Source of the DNA: Fimicolochytrium jonesii
Taxonomy: Eukaryota
Direction of reading: 5' to 3'
Assembly (NCBI RefSeq): GCF_025526975.1
Contig: NW_026515687.1
Location: 248,001 to 312,000 of the forward strand
Length of the DNA: 64,000 nucleotides
Shown here: positions 25,817-36,989 of the stretch, one piece after another
How the letters are laid out: each line of letters opens with the position of its first letter
Position numbering within the stretch: position 1 is the stretch's first letter
Translations under genes and position numbers: made by a program
The notes under the pieces: generated by a model
Seen by the model: the letters and a program-made list of their open reading frames with translations, nothing else
Database searches by the model: none
Told to the model about the DNA's origin: nothing

Positions 25817-27172
25817 CTAGAACAGGAAGAAGGCGGCAACACCGGCAACACCGGCGACGGAGAGACCAACGATGCCAGTGCGCTTGGCAGCAGAGTAAAT
25901 GGGGCCGTCGGTGGGGCCGGGGGCCGGGGAGGAAGTCTCCGTGTAGGTGTAGGTCACTGGCTCGTCAGTGACGGGAGGGAGAGTCGGAACGTCGGTGGGT
26001 TCCGGCACGGGCTCGCTGGTGGGGACGGGATCGGTAGGCTCGGGCGTCTCGGTTGGCTCGTCGTCGGTGCAGGTTTCGGTGGGCTCGGGAACTTCAGTGG
26101 GCTCCGGAGTTTCAGTGGGCTCATCGTCCGTGCAAGTTTCGGTGGGCTCAGGAGTCTCGGTGGGCTCATCATCTGTGCAGGTTTCAGTGGGCTCGGGAAC
26201 ATCGGTAGGCTCAGGAGTCTCAGTAGGCTCTTCGGTAGGTTCAGGGACATCCGTAGGCTCAGGGGTCTCAGTAGGCTCCTCCGTGCACGTTTCAGAGGGC
26301 TCTTCAGTGGGCTCGGGAGTCTCGGTGGGCTCTACGGTAGGCTCAGGGGTCTCGGTGGGCTCGACAGTGGGCTCAGGAGTCTCGGTGGGCTCGACAGTGG
26401 GCTCAGGAGTCTCGGTGGGCTCAACGGTAGGTTCAGGAGTCTCGGTGGGCTCGACCGTAGGCTCAGGGGTCTCGGTAGGCTTGTCCGTGCAGGACGTCGT
26501 GGTGGGGACAACGATGGACGTGCTGGTCGTCTCATCATCCTGGTGCTGCTGGTGATCGCCAGTCTCGGTGGGCTCAGGAGAGTCGGTGGTGGTGGTCTCA
26601 TCATCCTGGTGCTGCTGGTGATCGCCAGTCTCGGTGGGCTCAGGGGAGGCAGTGGTGGTTGTCTCATCATCTTGATGTTGCTGGTGATCGCCAGTCTCCG
26701 TGGGCTCAGGGGAGGCAGTGGTGGTGGTCTCATCATCTTGGTGCTGCTGGTGGTCGCCAGTCTCGGTAGGCTCAGGAGAGTCGGTGGTGGTGGTCTCATC
26801 ATCCTGGTGCTGCTGGTGGTCGCCAGTCTCGGTGGGCTCAGGGTGCGCGACGCTGGTGGTCTCGTCATCCTGGTGCTGCTGGTGGTCGCCAGTCTCGGTG
26901 GGCTCAGGGTGCGCGACACTGGTGGTCTCGTCATCCTGGTGCTGCTGGTGATCGCCATCCTGCTGCTGCTGATGGTCATCGTCCTGACCAGGCTCGGGTC
27001 CGTCGGTCTGTTGGGGAGCGTCGTACGTGGTGGTAGGAGCATCACCGGCATAGCGACGCACGACGGCAACGCCGTTGCCAGCTTCGGCTTCGAACCGGTA
27101 AGGGGCGGCCGCGACGCTGCTCAACAGCATCACGGAGCCGACGAAGGCACCCACGGACTTGATTGCGACCAT
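25817..27172 (-). CDS. Secreted, probably GPI-anchored Thr/Glu/Pro-rich repeat surface protein
   Basis: Hydrophobic signal peptide, internal repeats, and C-terminal SAAKRT plus hydrophobic tail typical of a GPI signal. Confidence 0.8.
   Translation of the reverse strand: MVAIKSVGAFVGSVMLLSSVAAAPYRFEAEAGNGVAVVRRYAGDAPTTTYDAPQQTDGPEPGQDDDHQQQQDGDHQQHQDDETTSVAHPEPTETGDHQQHQDDETTSVAHPEPTETGDHQQHQDDETTTTDSPEPTETGDHQQHQDDETTTTASPEPTETGDHQQHQDDETTTTASPEPTETGDHQQHQDDETTTTDSPEPTETGDHQQHQDDETTSTSIVVPTTTSCTDKPTETPEPTVEPTETPEPTVEPTETPEPTVEPTETPEPTVEPTETPEPTVEPTETPEPTEEPSETCTEEPTETPEPTDVPEPTEEPTETPEPTDVPEPTETCTDDEPTETPEPTETCTDDEPTETPEPTEVPEPTETCTDDEPTETPEPTDPVPTSEPVPEPTDVPTLPPVTDEPVTYTYTETSSPAPGPTDGPIYSAAKRTGIVGLSVAGVAGVAAFFLF
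26020..26957 (-). repeat. Coding tandem repeats: 7 x ~66 bp (GDHQQHQDDETT....PEPTET) and multiple ~30-bp PTETPEPTVE units
   Basis: Seen directly in DNA and translation. Confidence 0.9.
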
Positions 27173-27981
27173 AATGAGGATCTAAGACGGGTATAGTCTA
27201 AGTATATGAGTAACTCGGGTTGGGATGAAACGGGCAAACAAGGGGAAGCGGGCTCGGTCGTCCTTTTTGTACGAGACGCCCGAGTTCTGCAACATACCCC
27301 AATATCACCTCCAGCATGTCAGCGGCACGGAAATCCATTTGAGAAATTTCCAGGTATATCATAATATCCACAGGCGCCACCCGCCGGATCGGCTAAAAAC
27401 CGTGACTCGGAGTCCATCATCATCACCATACGTCTTATTTCTTCGTCCAACCGGTCGTGAAAGAGTATCCTTCCATGCGTGGCGAGAGCGGCGAGACCAA
27501 TGGAGAAGCCCCGCAGCGGAGTTTATGGGAGATATCTCTGTGCTCTCATGACCGATAAAAGACCAACCAGGAAAAATTTGGACCGGTTGGGCGACGTTGG
27601 CTCTCAGCAGCGGCCGGTCCCCCAGCGAGCGCCAACAAATCGATCTTGATTCTTGAACGTGATTTTGAAACGCACAAAAATTTTTGGCGCTTGTTCGTGT
27701 TCGTCGGGCGATGGGCGTTCGTGATGGAAATTGGATGACGCGAGAAGCCAGAAGCGTCTTGGCTCCATATGGCTGCGCCCCCCCCACCCCCCCCCCTCTG
27801 AAATAATCAGCGACGCCAAATCACGTGAGTGACAGGTTTTGATTTCAATTGGAGGGGGGCAACAGCTTTTTGCGACAACATCACAAGCTTCTTCTTGGGT
27901 GGGCATTGTGCGAACGGAAGCGGTCGTTTTCGATCATCACACTTAAGAGATCGATTCACACACTCTGCACAGAGCCTGAGA

Positions 27982-29608
27982 ATGGACACCAACCGGCGAA
28001 AACGCAAAAGAACTCATAGGCCCAACAACAGACAGACACCGCTTGCCAAGGTGAAGCGAGAGATTTCCCCTGACCGCGACCGCGGCCGTGACCGTGCTCG
28101 TGAGGATCATGATGCCGAGACTCTTCACCGCCGCACGAAAGCGGCACTGGTAATTCAGAGGGCATACTGGCTGCTGCGATTTCGGCGTGCTATCAGAGGA
28201 GCAGGGTCGGGTTCGCAACACTCTAGGTGAGATTGAAATGCCGCGACACTCTTCGACATTACCGCCGACCGCTTGAGGCAGCCTGCATTGGGCGGCCTCG
28301 CGATATGCTCGCGACTTCGCGGTACACCTGACGGTATCGATCGCATGAGGCAGCCTGCAGTGGGGCGGCCTCGCGGTTCGTTTGCAACCATTCTACCTCG
28401 CCGCCATTCTACCTCGAAAACCCACTCCCATGCCCACATGACGACCTGCCTACTTCGCCTCAACTAACTCACGTACACTCCATTCCTCAGGCAAATCACC
28501 ATGAACGTGTCGAAGTCAAAGCCGGCACGACGTTCCAAAGCCTCCAGGAAAGCTTCCAAGGCAAGAAACCAACAGCACAAACTCAAACAGCATGAACACA
28601 TGCGGGAGCTATTGAAGACGGCGGGTGATACTGAGGCTGGAACTGAGCATAGAAGTGTTCACCAAGGTTCGTCGCATTATGCTGTCAGACCGTCTCTTCT
28701 CAACTTACAACGCAGCTGACCAACTGTTGTGTGTGGCCTAAGGTTCCAACGACAGTGCGTACATAATGTGGACAACAAGAAAGACCGAGCAGCAAACCAA
28801 CCCGCATCCGTTCGGAAAGCACCTTACGCACGAAGACTTCCTCGAGCAATATACTGGGGGAGTTGATCACGATCACCCGTACACCCGTCTGCATAGGAAC
28901 ACCGTTGTTGTAGCCGACCGCGCAACGGATGAGATTGTCTGTGTGGCAAGGTTTCGTCCGTTTGCGGATATGTCAGCGGTTGACAGGGACCGTTTCGAGG
29001 AGATCGCGCTCCACCTGGGCCGCCAGCAACAACTCAGCGGCAACATACAAGCTGAGTCGCCGAAGATTGAGGAGCATTATATAGACTTTCTCAATGAGCT
29101 TTCGCCTTACGTCTTGTCTCGCATCAAAAACCGGGCAAAGGAACTACGCGTGTCTAGTATTCCACAAGCGCAGTTTGGGGACCTCGTCGCAGACGACTCT
29201 TTTGCCAGCAACATCACCGCAACATGGGATGACTGTGCCACTAAGTTCCAACGTGATAACGATCAATCAAAATTCACATACGGAATCTGGTTCCCAGTCT
29301 CGAACAAGACGGGCAAGCTGAAAAGCAAGGCGGATGGATTTGCCTGTCATGGTGGAGCCTTTGTGAATGCGGACTACCGCATGTACGTGGACTTTGATGC
29401 GTGCGACGGCGTAGTCGAGATCATTTGGCGAGGGTCTGAGGATGCACACGCAACCACATCGTCTGTCAGAGGCCCTGACTCGAAACGCCTGGGCACATCT
29501 GTCCAAGTCAACGAAAAGCTGGCAAAACGTGTGGAACGATTGTTGCAGCTACGGGAGGCCGCGGGACGCATCTGTGGGCTTACGGAGACTTTAGAGCGAT
29601 TGCGCTGA
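27982..29608 (+). CDS. TET/JBP-like 2OG-Fe(II) dioxygenase-family protein, possibly catalytically degenerate
   Basis: Exons 27982-28226, 28491-28666, 28743-29608 with compatible phases and branch-like ACTAAC/GCTGAC (428 aa). Motifs VARFRPF, FASNIT, YGIWFP..TGKL, GGAF, VDF..GVVEIIW, distal H(AT), RLGTSVQV resemble fungal Tet-like oxygenases. The HxD position reads QRD. Confidence 0.6.
28274..28375 (+). repeat. Two ~30-bp imperfect direct repeats (tgaggcagcctgca.tgggcggcctcgcg) inside intron 1 of the TET-like gene
   Basis: Seen directly at ~28274 and ~28346. Confidence 0.8.
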
Positions 29609-31071
29609 TTCTGATTTGTATTTCGTGCCATAAACTCTACATATACGTGTGTGTTTTGAGAAGGGTACACCGGTCGTAATGTCATGGGCGCTTCCTTTGT
29701 TCCACTCCCCGAGCTGTGATAATAATAGAAACAGCGCCGGTCGGTGGGCTGCTCGCGTTCGCCCCCAAACGGCCACGGGACGTATGCGCGGACATGGGTC
29801 TCCACCCAATACAACCCCAAATGCCTCATGGCAAAGAATTTAGCTGCCTTCTAGTCCAATTGCGCGTGTGAATGCGGCCTCGCTTTTCAATAAATAGCGG
29901 CATTATCTGCGAAGGAACGATCTCTCATTATGGACGAACGAAGGCGGTCCAAGCAAAATTGACCGTTCGCAAGCCGGGAACAAGACTCCGTGACAGATCT
30001 CGTCGAAGTGGGGGTTGAGGAACGGTCGGCAAATGTGAAGAATCTCGGTGGGTTTGGGACGCTTAAAATCTTGTCCCGTCGTCCCTCCCACAGGATCGCA
30101 CACGTCTGTGGGCCGGTGACGTCCAGAAAATGTCGCGCATTCCTCTTCCACCATCAAGGGGAGAAATCCCGGTGTCGGTCTTTTTGTGCGTGGGATGCGC
30201 TGTTGATGAGCGGAGAGCGCGGATTGTAATGGTGGCGACATGTCCCAGGATGAAGGCCCGCGCGCGCTGCTATTCAAGGTGTATGCGATCGTGTACTCAT
30301 CAGAGATCGAGGATGATGGCCCAAGTGAGAGCATACGCTGAAGGCAGCTCCACGGCTATTCTCTCCTTGGTCATAAACTTCTCCTGAAATGCCCTACTGT
30401 GTTTCCTCAGCGAGTTTGAAACCTCCCGCTATAGAATCCTCCATGCGCTTTCCGGACAGTTCCGGACTCCGTTGCTTAAGCTCTAAGCTCGTCATTCTCA
30501 GGAAGGCACAATTCGGGCAAAAAGGGGTGGTACGCTGCACGCGCATCTCTTCGGCGGCCTTCGGTTGATGATCTCTCCATAACGTCCCATAGTCCAGGCG
30601 GAGGTGACGATGTGATTTCTCGGTGGTTGTCGTTGTTGTTCCAGCGTTTGTGTCCCAGCAATCCTCTCAGTTCAGGTGATCCCGTCGTGCAAGGGGAGGT
30701 CATTCTTTGTGCCGCTTGGTCTTGCTTGGCATCTTGGCAGGGGAAAGGGACGGCAAAAGACGCGGTTGGCTTTATTTTGCTGACTTTCCAGCTTCGCTCT
30801 CACTTCGCTCTGCTTCGCTGCCTTCACTATTTCGCAAGTGCCCACGGGAAGGCGACCCTGAGGCAATCACAGTAGAGGCGGCTGAAGTGGATGCGCCCGT
30901 TTTTCATAGATCAATAGGAACGGGATGTCACCCTCTTACCGCTGGCACTTTCGGTGCCTTTATAAAGGGGGTCCGCCGGTACCCAAGAACCGGAAATTGA
31001 CCACAAACAGCCATGCGGCGACAAGACGCTCGGAAAGGAACTTGGCAGTTTCGCAGAAGTTGCTATGCAAC

Positions 31072-34000
31072 ATGCTGCTATACCTGTGTGCGCGGAACAT
31101 AGCTCCCCGATGCCAGCGAAGGTATCACTCTGTCCATGCCGTTCCTGCCGAGACTGAGAACGCCATTGCGCCTACCACCGCGACAGCCGACGATGTCGCT
31201 TCCTCCTCCGCCGCCCTACCAGTCGAAGGTGTCGCTTCTTCATCCGCCCCTCCAGAAGTGACAGCCGAAAACGTTGCTTCCTCCTCGGCCCCGTCAGAAG
31301 TAGCAGCCGAAGATGCCGCTTCCTCATCCGCCCCTTCAGAAGTAATCGACGCCATAGGACCTTTGCAGCAAGATCCGATCAAGGCTTTTCGTCAAACATT
31401 GGTCTCCGCTCAGGATCTTCTCACTTGCTGGGGCGCCTTTCGTAAAATAACGAAACTGCCAGATCTGCAGACGCAACTATCTCAGCAGGACCTACGACTT
31501 TTCTTATTGCGCTTCCATGAACAATCTCTGAAGGTTTTGGCAAAAGCTCCAGATTCGATTTCGCGGAAACTCCCCGATTTGTGCAGAGTCATCGCCACAT
31601 GGTCGCATCTTGATCCAGCCGATCTCGTCGATGAGTACAACCTTGCCATTGAGATATATCTCAATCATCACCAGACGTCGGATGCGCAACGAGTGTTCGG
31701 GGTGCTCGAGGTGGGAGGCAAGCCCAACCTTCAGACCTGTACCCTGATGGTCCGCATGGCTCTGTACAAGACGGATGTGGAGGCCGCCGAAACTTGGATC
31801 GCGCGGATCAATGAAGCAGAAGGCCGCGTGCCAACGGAAATTTACGTGCAGCTTTTGAAGTTGCATGTAGCAACAGATGAGCAGAAGATCGACCCAACGA
31901 TAGCGGCATTGAAAAGCAAGAATATAAGCATCGGTTGGAAGCAGCTGAAGGAGCTCGGCCAATATGCCCTAACACGGAGGCGTTTAAAGGGTCTGGTAGC
32001 ATTGCTTCCACACATGATGGAGATTGAGCCTCGGGCCACTTTAGCAATTTTGGACCGTGCCGTAAAATTGTGTCGCCTCTATCCCGACCTTGCAGGGGCT
32101 CAGACCCTACTGGACTCAATGCAACGATGCGGGGATTACGGTGTCACGCCCCAGTTGCAGTGCCTGACAGCTAAACTTTACGCCGCGATTGGAGAACCCG
32201 AACAGCTTATTTCGTTTTTGGATCAAATGATCGATTGCGGGAATTCTCTTACCCTTGCGGAAGTGTCCGCTATTTTGAACATGTTCGTTCGACGGAAGCT
32301 TATTGGATATGTGGAGCCTTTCAAGACGAGAGTGATGGCCATGGGAATATTCTTTGACTTTCCCTCATACACATTGCTACTTCGAGCTAATGCGTCGTGT
32401 GACATGGTGAAGGAAGTAGAAGATACTCTGGATATGCTGTCGGAGAGTGTACAGTTCGAACAATGTATCCACGCTTTGAGGATGTACAGTAAACTTGATG
32501 ATTCGAAGAGCTGGCAGCGTTGCTACAATCGACTTGGACGTTTCGGGAACCTCATCGACGCCACGACAGCTCAAGACTGGATGAAGCTGCATCAGACCCG
32601 CGGAGGCCAGTTTGAAGACTGGCTTGTGACCCTCGTTGACGGCAGGGCTCTCAAAGTGACGGACCCTTCTGTCCCACAAACTCGGGAAAATCTTCGGCGA
32701 CTACTTGCTGCGGCTCTGAAGAACAACGATATCGGCCAAGCTGAATTTGCGATCCGAGAGCTCACTCGTCGTCATGTCAACGCTGCACCAGTGACTTTGC
32801 CAGCTATAGGCGCTTTGGCGATTCGTGAGCGAAACCGGTACTTATTGGACTACTGCATAGCGCAAGCAATCCACATCAACCTGGGACCCACGGACGTATT
32901 CAGGCTGGTCTCGGATGATGTGGAGGTTTCGATGGAGTCCACGGCTATGTTACGAGGTTTCATTTCATCGTTACTGGATCGACAAGAGCTTCGCGACGCA
33001 GTGTCAACCTACAGATCAACTCTGGGACCAGAGGAGGATTTCTCGACGAAATTCAAGGACTTGTTGATTGACGTGCTTATCGAGAAGAACCTTCGAGCGG
33101 CCACGGCATATCTCAAGGGGCGGGGAGCAAAGGCGATTGGTACGCCAGAGGCGTTTATCAAGGCTTTGACCTCCCTATCGTTGCGGTGTCGCCGTGAAGA
33201 TGAGAAGGCCCTAAGGGATTTTCTTTCACAATTGAAAGATTTGAATGTGCTGGCCCCGACCGATGTGATGAATCGTTTTTTGAAGAGTCTTGTCGCCAAT
33301 TCGAAAGCCAAGGAAGCAGCGAAGCTTGTAAAGGAAATGCGGAAGGCGACGGATCCTGTTGTCAAGCCAGACATTGTCACATACCAAGTGTTGATGCGTT
33401 CGCTTGCCGAGGCGAAGGAAGTCGAATTATTTCGGGGATACTGGAGTTGCCTCAGACAGGATGGCATCTATCCCGATCACGCTCTATATACCAGCCGCAT
33501 CGCCCTTCGTATCCGGCAAGGTGAAGTAAATTCCTTGGAGAGGGCTATTCGGGACCTACACGACGCCCAGAACGAGCTCGGACCTTTTCCTAAGCAGACC
33601 TACGGCATGCTGATCAAAGCCTTGTTGGACGCTGGAAATCTCGATCGTGCACGGATGATTCTAGACAAGATGACGCGTGCCAATGTTCTCCCCAATGAAT
33701 TCATTTATGGTTTGTTCCTATCCTATCACCTCAAGCACGAACAATATTCTGCCATGTTTTCTCTGGAACAAGAACAGAGAGCCGCCGGCCTACCCTTCAA
33801 CACCGTCCTCTACACAATACTTATCACGGCAGCGGCGAGACAAAAGGATGTTGCACGAGCGCATTTCTTATATCGGGAAATGAAGGCAGCCGGCATCGAA
33901 CCCGATGTTCAGGTCATGACCGCTGTCATGGCGGCATTCGCCGCGAACAAAAACATCGAAGGGATGATGGATGTTTATGAGGACATGCGGAAAATAGGTG

Positions 34001-35262
34001 TCAAGCCTACCCTCACAACGTGGAACACGATGCTGTCAGCATATGCCCGTATCAGCGATGTCAAGTCGGTCGATCGATTACTCGACGAGATGAAAACTGC
34101 TGGAGTTGAAGCAGATCAGACAACCTGGGAGGCGCTTTGGAAAGGAAACGCGACTTCGGGCAATATAAAGGAAATGCATCGTTACCTTTCCAAACTTGTC
34201 GGATCAGAACCCGGATACCCCCGACTCCAACGCGATGCGCGCTTTCCGACGCTCGTACTTCCCTTGTACAATCGCGTGCTCGATGCGCATGCTGCGAAGG
34301 GAGATGTTGCTGGAGTGGAGACCTGGTTCGCACTACTCCGCTCGGCCGATTTGAAGCCTGATATCTATAGTTACAGCCCTTTATTTGAAGTTTACGCCAG
34401 AGCGGGGGACTTTGCGAAAGTGGAGGAGGTTAAGCAAAAGGCATCGATGGAGGACATCCGACTTGACGCCAATGCAGTCAGTAGGGTTGTCAATGCCCTT
34501 CTTGCGGCTGGGCATCTTGACTTCGCCAATCGTTTCCTGGATTCGGCGGCGAAGGACGGGGTGACACTTGATCCGGCCGTCTTCAACCCCTTCATCGCAT
34601 ATTGGCAACGGGTCGACCACAAAAACGTTTTGAGCGTTGTAGAACAAATGCGCGCGAAAGGCGTCGAGCCAAACGTCGCAACCTATACGCAGTTGATCAA
34701 CGCATTAGCTCACTCGAATCGACACGAAGAAGGATGGGACATCTGGCGCTCCATGGTTGGCCAGAAAGAGCAGATTTTCCACAAAGGATGGGGCGTCTGG
34801 GCGACTGCGCTTGGCGAACAACCCATCAGCGCACACGTCGCGGCTTTGCAGATACGGCGGACGCCTATGGACGACCTGGCCTTACACTCAGGCTCGCTGC
34901 TGTCGATCCTTCTCGATCTTTGCGGATTTGCGGGCTGGGTTGACCGGGCAGATGTGCTGTGGAGTCGGGTTTCCATGTCATCTCGCAAGCTTGAAGAGAA
35001 TCATCTTGCGAGTTACGTCGAATGCCTGTTGCGTAATGGACAGCATGCCCGAGCGATCGAACTGGTCACCCGCGAAACCGGCGTACCACCGGCGATGCCC
35101 ACTCCTGGCCACAAGACTTATGGAACATTGTTGGGCATGCTGCAATCACAGGGGTTGATAGGGGAAAGAGAGGCTTTACTGTCGCATTTACGAGCAAAGC
35201 ACGGGGAGTGGCTTCTGCGCCGCATAGACCTGAAATACCCCGGTGTAGTAGGTAAAATGTGA
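31072..35262 (+). CDS. Pentatricopeptide-repeat (PPR) protein, probably mitochondrial
   Basis: Long intronless ORF with canonical PPR units (PDIVTYQVLM, NTVLYTILITAAA, PTLTTWNTMLSAYA, PNVATYTQLINALA). Start taken at ATG 31072 (uncertain). Confidence 0.9.
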   Translation: MLLYLCARNIAPRCQRRYHSVHAVPAETENAIAPTTATADDVASSSAALPVEGVASSSAPPEVTAENVASSSAPSEVAAEDAASSSAPSEVIDAIGPLQQDPIKAFRQTLVSAQDLLTCWGAFRKITKLPDLQTQLSQQDLRLFLLRFHEQSLKVLAKAPDSISRKLPDLCRVIATWSHLDPADLVDEYNLAIEIYLNHHQTSDAQRVFGVLEVGGKPNLQTCTLMVRMALYKTDVEAAETWIARINEAEGRVPTEIYVQLLKLHVATDEQKIDPTIAALKSKNISIGWKQLKELGQYALTRRRLKGLVALLPHMMEIEPRATLAILDRAVKLCRLYPDLAGAQTLLDSMQRCGDYGVTPQLQCLTAKLYAAIGEPEQLISFLDQMIDCGNSLTLAEVSAILNMFVRRKLIGYVEPFKTRVMAMGIFFDFPSYTLLLRANASCDMVKEVEDTLDMLSESVQFEQCIHALRMYSKLDDSKSWQRCYNRLGRFGNLIDATTAQDWMKLHQTRGGQFEDWLVTLVDGRALKVTDPSVPQTRENLRRLLAAALKNNDIGQAEFAIRELTRRHVNAAPVTLPAIGALAIRERNRYLLDYCIAQAIHINLGPTDVFRLVSDDVEVSMESTAMLRGFISSLLDRQELRDAVSTYRSTLGPEEDFSTKFKDLLIDVLIEKNLRAATAYLKGRGAKAIGTPEAFIKALTSLSLRCRREDEKALRDFLSQLKDLNVLAPTDVMNRFLKSLVANSKAKEAAKLVKEMRKATDPVVKPDIVTYQVLMRSLAEAKEVELFRGYWSCLRQDGIYPDHALYTSRIALRIRQGEVNSLERAIRDLHDAQNELGPFPKQTYGMLIKALLDAGNLDRARMILDKMTRANVLPNEFIYGLFLSYHLKHEQYSAMFSLEQEQRAAGLPFNTVLYTILITAAARQKDVARAHFLYREMKAAGIEPDVQVMTAVMAAFAANKNIEGMMDVYEDMRKIGVKPTLTTWNTMLSAYARISDVKSVDRLLDEMKTAGVEADQTTWEALWKGNATSGNIKEMHRYLSKLVGSEPGYPRLQRDARFPTLVLPLYNRVLDAHAAKGDVAGVETWFALLRSADLKPDIYSYSPLFEVYARAGDFAKVEEVKQKASMEDIRLDANAVSRVVNALLAAGHLDFANRFLDSAAKDGVTLDPAVFNPFIAYWQRVDHKNVLSVVEQMRAKGVEPNVATYTQLINALAHSNRHEEGWDIWRSMVGQKEQIFHKGWGVWATALGEQPISAHVAALQIRRTPMDDLALHSGSLLSILLDLCGFAGWVDRADVLWSRVSMSSRKLEENHLASYVECLLRNGQHARAIELVTRETGVPPAMPTPGHKTYGTLLGMLQSQGLIGEREALLSHLRAKHGEWLLRRIDLKYPGVVGKM

Positions 35263-35341
35263 TCGCGATGCTTACTTCTGTGATGCGAGGGCGTAATGGT
35301 GTCACATAGACTTCTATGCAGAAAAATAAGATTACTATGTA

Positions 35342-35496
35342 TAGTACGGAATAATCATGTACGTCGCAAAATGAAATAAGTGAAATAAAGCCCTATCTCT
35401 ACAAGTTGCCATCATCGGCGATGCCTCCGGCAGAGGTACAATGACGTGGATGGCAGATAACCACCACGGAAAATGGGATGGGGTGAAGACTCTAGA
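35342..35496 (-). ncRNA. Candidate Fanzor omegaRNA scaffold
   Basis: Directly 3' of the Fanzor stop, where omegaRNAs are normally encoded. Nested inverted repeats: tatct 35394-98 with agata 35455-59, tgccatc 35407-13 with gatggca 35449-55, inner tgcc-tcc-ggca 35422-32. Confidence 0.35.
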
Positions 35497-36424
35497 CTAC
35501 CGGTTACGGGAGAATGCGTCTGGTCTGCGGCCATCAATGCCAAACACCACCGAACGCACAATCCAGAGGAAATTCTTGGTGCTTAGGACGTCCCGATTGT
35601 GCACTTTCATCCGTAGTCATAGTGGTTGTCTTCTTCCAGGAATCTCAAATGGTGTCCAGTCTTGGTTGATACATTCGGGGTTGGCGCAACCCACCAATTC
35701 ATGGACAAATTCCATTCTTCCCTTTCTAGCTTGCCACGGCCGAGATGACAGCCGCTGTCGGATGTTTTTCCTCACACGCCCGTGGCAGTCTGGGCACACG
35801 GAAGACGTTCGATACTCATCTAGCAAGTAGCATGGAATGCTGTTTCTTGCAAAGAGTGTGCGGAATCTGATTTCCATGATGAGTTGGCATATTATAATAC
35901 ATAAAAAACAATGATGGCCACTCACCCCTTGGTCTTTGATGACTCCTGAAAGCGCATGGTCTTTCCAGCGTCGCTCCAATCACCCAAGATGGCCGCAAAA
36001 TGCTTTCCATACAGGCGTCGCATGTTCTTGATGAGCTTGCTCTCAGACTTTTGCCGCAGTGAGAACGCCTTGAATCTGCGAGCCACATGAATCTCATCCT
36101 GGTAAAACTCATCCAGGGCGGGATCTGGGATATGGATGTCAGCCCATGTATTACCAAAGTTGAAAATCAAAGTTGAAGTGGAACATCATACCCGCATGTT
36201 CGTAATCCACGATGAACGCTGAGAACGCCTCGATGTTCATGCTCTTGTGCGATGGAATATGTGATTCCATCTCAGCGATGCCGGCATTGATCTTTCGCTC
36301 TCTCATGTCTCTTTGAAAGTACCGAGACTTTGTCTCGACCGCCCGTTGATTGGATGTGTATCTGATATGGGGTGGTGCATTGTGAGGACGCTGCAACGGA
36401 ATGTCGCCGCAACGGGGATGGCAG

Positions 36425-36633
36425 GAGACAGGGGGACTGGCGGGCGGAGACGGGGGGCTGGCGGGTGGAGACCGGGGGGCTGGCTGGTGGAGATGGGGGG
36501 CTGGCGGGTGGAGACGGGGGGCTGGCGGGCGGAGACGGGGGGCTGGCGGGCGGAGACGGGGGGCTGGCGGGCAGAGACGGGGGCTGGCGGGCAGAGACGG
36601 GGGGCTGGCGGGCAGAGACGGGGGGGGGGGGGG
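36425..36633. repeat. GC-rich ~21-bp minisatellite (ggcggagacggggggctggcg, about 9-10 copies) ending in a poly-G run, inside Fanzor intron 4
   Basis: Seen directly. Confidence 0.9.
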
Positions 36634-36989
36634 TAGCGGGGACAGCAGGGCAGTAGTAATCAACTGAAACGTACCGAAATGGACCGCTCCTTTTTGATGT
36701 CTCGACAGAACAAGAGGTCACGCTTGCCCGGATCAATGCAGACGATGTTTGGAGCCTCCCTTAGTTTGGCGATGTGGTCCTCAAAATACAGCTGCTTGAC
36801 TTCTTCCTGCATTTGGGCTTTGCTGCGCTTCCGAGCGCGATGGCCGTACTTGAGCCCTGGCTTCTTGAGGTAGATGGTAGCGGAATACCCGTTTGTGCTG
36901 ATTGACCCATCAAATTTGAGACCAAGCTTCTCTCGATGTTTGAAGACCTTGTCCTATAATGCGTCATTCAGCAAGGTGATTGAAATAAG

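Noticed and set aside
25799..27196. 465-aa + strand ORF, and the repeats as a CRISPR-like array
   Set aside because: Antisense shadow of a repeat protein. The repeats are contiguous, codon-phased and have no unique spacers.
29880..30720. Possible degraded gene or transposase next to the TET-like gene
   Set aside because: Only short stop-interrupted frames with no motif I can recognise.
36151..36736. Pro-rich or Gly-rich repeat proteins in the ORF track
   Set aside because: Translations of the intronic minisatellite.
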